NCBI GenBank assembly: GCA_044229975.1
Contig: JBGARZ010000002.1
Location: forward strand, 608,001-672,000
DNA length: 64,000 bases
Reading direction: 5' to 3'
DNA from: Polyangiales bacterium
GTDB lineage: Bacteria; Myxococcota_A; Polyangia; Polyangiales; Ga0077539
A program made the translations under genes and the position numbers. This document shows, one piece after another, positions 60,503 through 64,000 of this stretch (its first letter is position 1; each line of letters starts with the position of its first letter). The notes beneath the pieces are model-generated. The model was not told the DNA's origin and did no database searches. It was given only the letters and a program-made list of their open reading frames with translations.

Positions 60503-60648
60503 CGGAGTCGTCCTACGAGATGACGCACAGCGCGCCACTGCGACGGACTCCGGCGAACCGGCGCTGACGGGGTGCCTGGTCCGTGTGCCGGTTCACAGGA
60601 GGTCCCGGCTCTCGTCGGGGTCGTCCCCTGCGGGTTAGGGTGGCGTCC

Positions 60649-61419
60649 ATGACGTCTGGCCTCGGAGTGGGACTCTTCTTCGTCCTGTTGATCGGCGGCA
60701 TGGCCGTGATGTTCATCTGGGCCTGGCTCGGCGGCCGCAGAGAAGATCGCGAGCGGCGGGAGGTGGTCGAGCGTTGGTACGCCGGAGTGGAGCGGAGGCG
60801 TGAGGAGGCGCGCGCAGAGGCTCGCACTCACCTGGCGTCGCTCTCGCCGGACGAGATCCGAGCGCGGCTCCGTGTGTCGGTCTGTCGGCACGCCCCGAGC
60901 GAGGCGCAGCTCCCGCCGGGTAGCTGGCTGTTGGCCGAGGACCTCGCCTGCCGCCTCATCGTCGAGGAGTTTCCGTTGCAGGAAATCGATCCCGACGTGC
61001 GCGCTCGCCTGCCCGAAGACGACGCGTCGCTCGCGCGAATCGCGCTGGAGCAGACCTTCGCCGCGCCGCTGGAGGCCGGCGCTCAGCGCGCGCCCAACGG
61101 CTGGCTCGCCGCTCCCGACCGTCTCCTCGGCGCGGTCCCGTCGGTGCTGGCTGGGGCCGGCGCCGACGTCGTGTGGAGGGCGCTTCCGGTCGACGTCGAA
61201 GCACTCGCCGCACTCGCCGCGAACACCCCGATCGAGGGGCCGCTGAAGCACGCGATGTTCTTCTGGGACGGCGCGCGCCTCGAACAGATCTCCGCGTACG
61301 CTCACACGGTCATCGGGCCGACGACGCCACACTTCACGCTTCGGCTCCCCGCGTCGATGCGCGCGATGACCGACCTGCCGACAGATCCGACCGGACGGAT
61401 CGGCGTTCGCCGGCGCTGA
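60649..61419 (+). CDS. Hypothetical single-pass membrane protein
   Basis: N-terminal TM helix (GLFFVLLIGGMAVMFIWAWL), charged helix and globular C-terminal domain. Confidence 0.65.
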   Translation: MTSGLGVGLFFVLLIGGMAVMFIWAWLGGRREDRERREVVERWYAGVERRREEARAEARTHLASLSPDEIRARLRVSVCRHAPSEAQLPPGSWLLAEDLACRLIVEEFPLQEIDPDVRARLPEDDASLARIALEQTFAAPLEAGAQRAPNGWLAAPDRLLGAVPSVLAGAGADVVWRALPVDVEALAALAANTPIEGPLKHAMFFWDGARLEQISAYAHTVIGPTTPHFTLRLPASMRAMTDLPTDPTGRIGVRRR

Positions 61420-61454
61420 CCTCGCGCTGATCCACCCTTTGGGGGATGCCAGCG

Positions 61455-61706
61455 TCAACGCCCGGCTGCGAGCGCCGACGGCGCCCCGAGAACCTTCGCG
61501 ACGAGCTCGCGCCCGTAGAGTCGGGCGGCCAGATACAGCTCGATCTCCCGCTCGGTCGCGCCGGGGTGCTGCGCGCGCACGCCGACCTCCGCGAGCTGCC
61601 GGACCGCCAACGAGAGGCCGGCGGCGATGCCCAGACGCTCCGCAGGCGACAACGACCGCAGGTGCTGGTGGTAGAAGCGCGCCGCGGTGGGGGAGGTGTC
61701 GTTCAT
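61455..61706 (-). CDS. Small helical 'DTSP' protein (family usually next to a nucleotidyltransferase)
   Basis: MNDTSP..A.....LRSLSPAERL..A..LS......GVRAQHP.......LAARLYG pattern. Confidence 0.7.
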   Translation of the reverse strand: MNDTSPTAARFYHQHLRSLSPAERLGIAAGLSLAVRQLAEVGVRAQHPGATEREIELYLAARLYGRELVAKVLGAPSALAAGR

Positions 61707-61835
61707 CACGAGCCAGATCGATCCGTACCACGCTGCCAGCGCGCATGGCACAGCTCGCGACGGCCCGACCATCGACGAACGGGACGAGCGACGCCCCGGT
61801 CGAAGCGCAGACGGCTGCGTCCGGCGCGCTCGCGC

Positions 61836-62852
61836 TTACTGTTGCGCGGTGCCGCCGAGCTCTTGCAGCGCGGAGCTGATGCGCAGCACGCGCCCCGCCT
61901 CGACCGAGTTGGCCTGCACCGTCAGCGTCACACGCTCGCCATCGGCCCGAGCCACGACGCCCTCGCGCAGCAGCCGACCCAGCCCGAGGATGCGCACCAT
62001 CACCTGACCCGCGAGCTCGCGCGTTGACGCATCCACGAGCCGAACGATCTCCCGCGCCGCCGCCTCGGTGTGCGCCTGCCCCGCCGCGCGCACGCTCACG
62101 TCACCCGGGACGTCGCCCCACGCCACGAGCCGATCGAGCCCCTCGCCCGTGCGCGCCACGCCCCGCGTCGGAACCCTCACCCGCGCCCGAATCGCCGCGA
62201 GGTCGGCCGCCACCTGAAGCGATCCATGGCGGCCGTCGACCAGCGCCCACAGGTCGTTGAAGCGGTCGTCGTCGCGCACCGAGCGCCGCTCTTCGCCGAC
62301 GAGCCGCGCGGCCACGCGGCGCACCAGCGAGCGCTCCATCACCACCACCACGTCGCTCGCCGGAAACATGTACGCCCGCTGCCCGACGCTGACGTACGCG
62401 ATGCCCTGTTCGGTGCCCTCTTCCGGTGACACGCCGGGCGTCCGCTCGCGCGCCGCCTGCAACACGGCGGCGCGGTCGTAGCGACCTCGCGCGACGATGA
62501 TCGGCCAGCCCACGGTGGCTGCCGTGCCGGGCGGCAGGTACACGCCAAAGGCGAGGTGATCGGCCTCGTGGAGCGCGTCGAAGCCCAGCTCGCGGCGCAC
62601 GCCACCGACGTCGGCGCCGAGGGTCACGGCCAGCTCCAACGCCCCGTCGAAGTGCGGCGAGCGGCGCGCCTCGGTCAGCTCGAAGCGACCCCACGCCACG
62701 GCGCCGGGCGGCAGGAGCGCGAGCAGCTCGCCGTGCACGTCGGGCGGTCGCGGAGCCTCGGCGCGGGCGGTGGCAGCGGTGCCCGTCGAGGCGCACCCGA
62801 CCGGCGCGAAGAAGCAGAGGAAGAGCGCGAAACCATGGAGGGAGCGGGTCAC
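61836..62852 (-). CDS. Hypothetical lipoprotein
   Basis: GTG start; lipobox PVGC; LLALLPPGA motif; coding-like composition. Confidence 0.7.
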   Translation of the reverse strand: MTRSLHGFALFLCFFAPVGCASTGTAATARAEAPRPPDVHGELLALLPPGAVAWGRFELTEARRSPHFDGALELAVTLGADVGGVRRELGFDALHEADHLAFGVYLPPGTAATVGWPIIVARGRYDRAAVLQAARERTPGVSPEEGTEQGIAYVSVGQRAYMFPASDVVVVMERSLVRRVAARLVGEERRSVRDDDRFNDLWALVDGRHGSLQVAADLAAIRARVRVPTRGVARTGEGLDRLVAWGDVPGDVSVRAAGQAHTEAAAREIVRLVDASTRELAGQVMVRILGLGRLLREGVVARADGERVTLTVQANSVEAGRVLRISSALQELGGTAQQ

Positions 62853-62920
62853 GGCGCGCGTTCTATCACGGCTGCCCGCCGACGCCGTGGCGACCATGGT
62901 AGGGCTCCGGGCCAACCGTC

Positions 62921-63733
62921 ATGTTGTCCTACGCCGTCGTCACTGCTCCGGGTGCCTCTCCCGATCGTTCGTGCCTGGTGCTCCACGGCATCCTCGGATC
63001 GAAGACCAACTGGCGCACCCTCGCCCGTCGCTTCGTCGCCGAGCTCCCGTCGTGGGCCTTCGTGCTCGTCGACCTCCGCAAGCACGGCGCCTCGCAAGAC
63101 CTCCCGCCCCCGCACACCCTCTCGGCCGCGGTCGACGACCTCGTCACCCTCGCCCCCTTGCTCGCGCCGCCCGTGCGCGGGGTGCTCGGGCACAGCTTCG
63201 GCGGGAAGGTCGCCCTCGCCTACGCGGAGGCCACACCGTCGCTCACGCACCTCGTGGCCGTGGACTCCAACCCCGGCGCGCGGCCCGACCGTCACGGCTC
63301 CGAGGCATCACTCCGCGCCCTCGACACGCTCGCCGCCATCGGTCCCACCTGGGCGACCCGCGAGGACTTCATGCAGGCCGTCGTCGCCGATGGACACGAC
63401 CGTGGGATGGCCGCATGGCTCGCCATGAACCTCGAACACGCCGACCAGGGCTTTCGCCTGCGCGTGGAGATCCCGGCGATTCGCGCGCTCCTCGACGGTT
63501 ACTTCGAGCGCGACCTCTGGCCCGTGGTCGAGTCCCCGCCGCCCGGTCGACGCACGGGCTTCATCCTGGGTGGTGACTCCCTCGTGATGGACGCCGCCGA
63601 GCGCGCCCGCCTCGACGCCGTGGCCGCGCGCGGTGACTGCGAGGTGATCGTCGCCGCGGGCGCCGGGCACTGGGTTCACGTCGACGCGCCCGACGCCACC
63701 GTCGCGGGCGTCGTACGCCTGCTCAGTTCGTAG
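62921..63733 (+). CDS. Alpha/beta hydrolase (YbfF/ABHD11-like esterase)
   Basis: LHGILGSKTNW, DLRKHG, GHSFGGK, AGHWVHVDAP. Confidence 0.88.
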   Translation: MLSYAVVTAPGASPDRSCLVLHGILGSKTNWRTLARRFVAELPSWAFVLVDLRKHGASQDLPPPHTLSAAVDDLVTLAPLLAPPVRGVLGHSFGGKVALAYAEATPSLTHLVAVDSNPGARPDRHGSEASLRALDTLAAIGPTWATREDFMQAVVADGHDRGMAAWLAMNLEHADQGFRLRVEIPAIRALLDGYFERDLWPVVESPPPGRRTGFILGGDSLVMDAAERARLDAVAARGDCEVIVAAGAGHWVHVDAPDATVAGVVRLLSS

Positions 63734-64000
63734 GCGGTCGCCAGCGGGCGAGCTCGCGCATCGGTCCGTTGAGGTAGCGCTCGACCTCCGGGCCCACCGA
63801 GTTGGTCTCCTCGTAGTGCTCGCCCATCGCCTCGGCGAGGTAGGGGACGACGGGGTTCACGACGTAGTTGTAGGCCGGGACGATGTAGCCGAGAAAATCC
63901 TCGGTGAGCCCGCCGACGAAGGCGTAGCGAACGTCGGGGTTCATGAGCATCAGGTCGCGCAGATAGGGCGGCTGCGGGCCCATCGCGAGGTCGGGTCGGT
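63723..64000 (-). CDS. C-terminal fragment of a protein resembling neutral ceramidase-like family, truncated at window edge
   Basis: Frame is open to the edge; GLTEDFLGYIVP...HYEETNSVGP. Confidence 0.55.
   Translation of the reverse strand, partial: RPDLAMGPQPPYLRDLMLMNPDVRYAFVGGLTEDFLGYIVPAYNYVVNPVVPYLAEAMGEHYEETNSVGPEVERYLNGPMRELARWRPPTN

Overview
Very GC-rich chromosomal window, most consistent with a Myxococcota/Polyangia-type bacterium. This is an inference from the Cys-rich DAG-linker lipoproteins, vWA lipoproteins, a MYXO-CTERM-like tail and a GltF-like protein. It holds about 56 real CDSs; the other long ORFs in the track are antisense or alternative-frame GC artefacts. Housekeeping genes: proA, proB, proC, rnhA, moaC-moaE, bolA, rseP, aroA-cmk-rpsA, an ABC-F ATPase and a HIT protein. 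They are interspersed with many surface or secreted proteins (RCC1/propeller, amidohydrolase-TSP3-OB-LTD, Cys-rich fibrinogen-like, vWA, PGRS-like, matrixin, PNGase F-like). I saw no rRNA, tRNA, CRISPR array, integrase or transposase. Best leads: (1) a divergent XRE-cupin / SDR-QueA-like module with three tandem palindromic operators, whose QueA paralogue has altered canonical motifs; (2) pervasive apparently leaderless promoters (-10-like hexamer 6-10 nt before SD-less starts, 55-68 bp divergent spacers) in a window that encodes two bS1 paralogues; (3) four sigma54-like promoters; (4) several unusual domain architectures. Start codons were chosen by eye, and all family calls come from motif recognition, not database searches.
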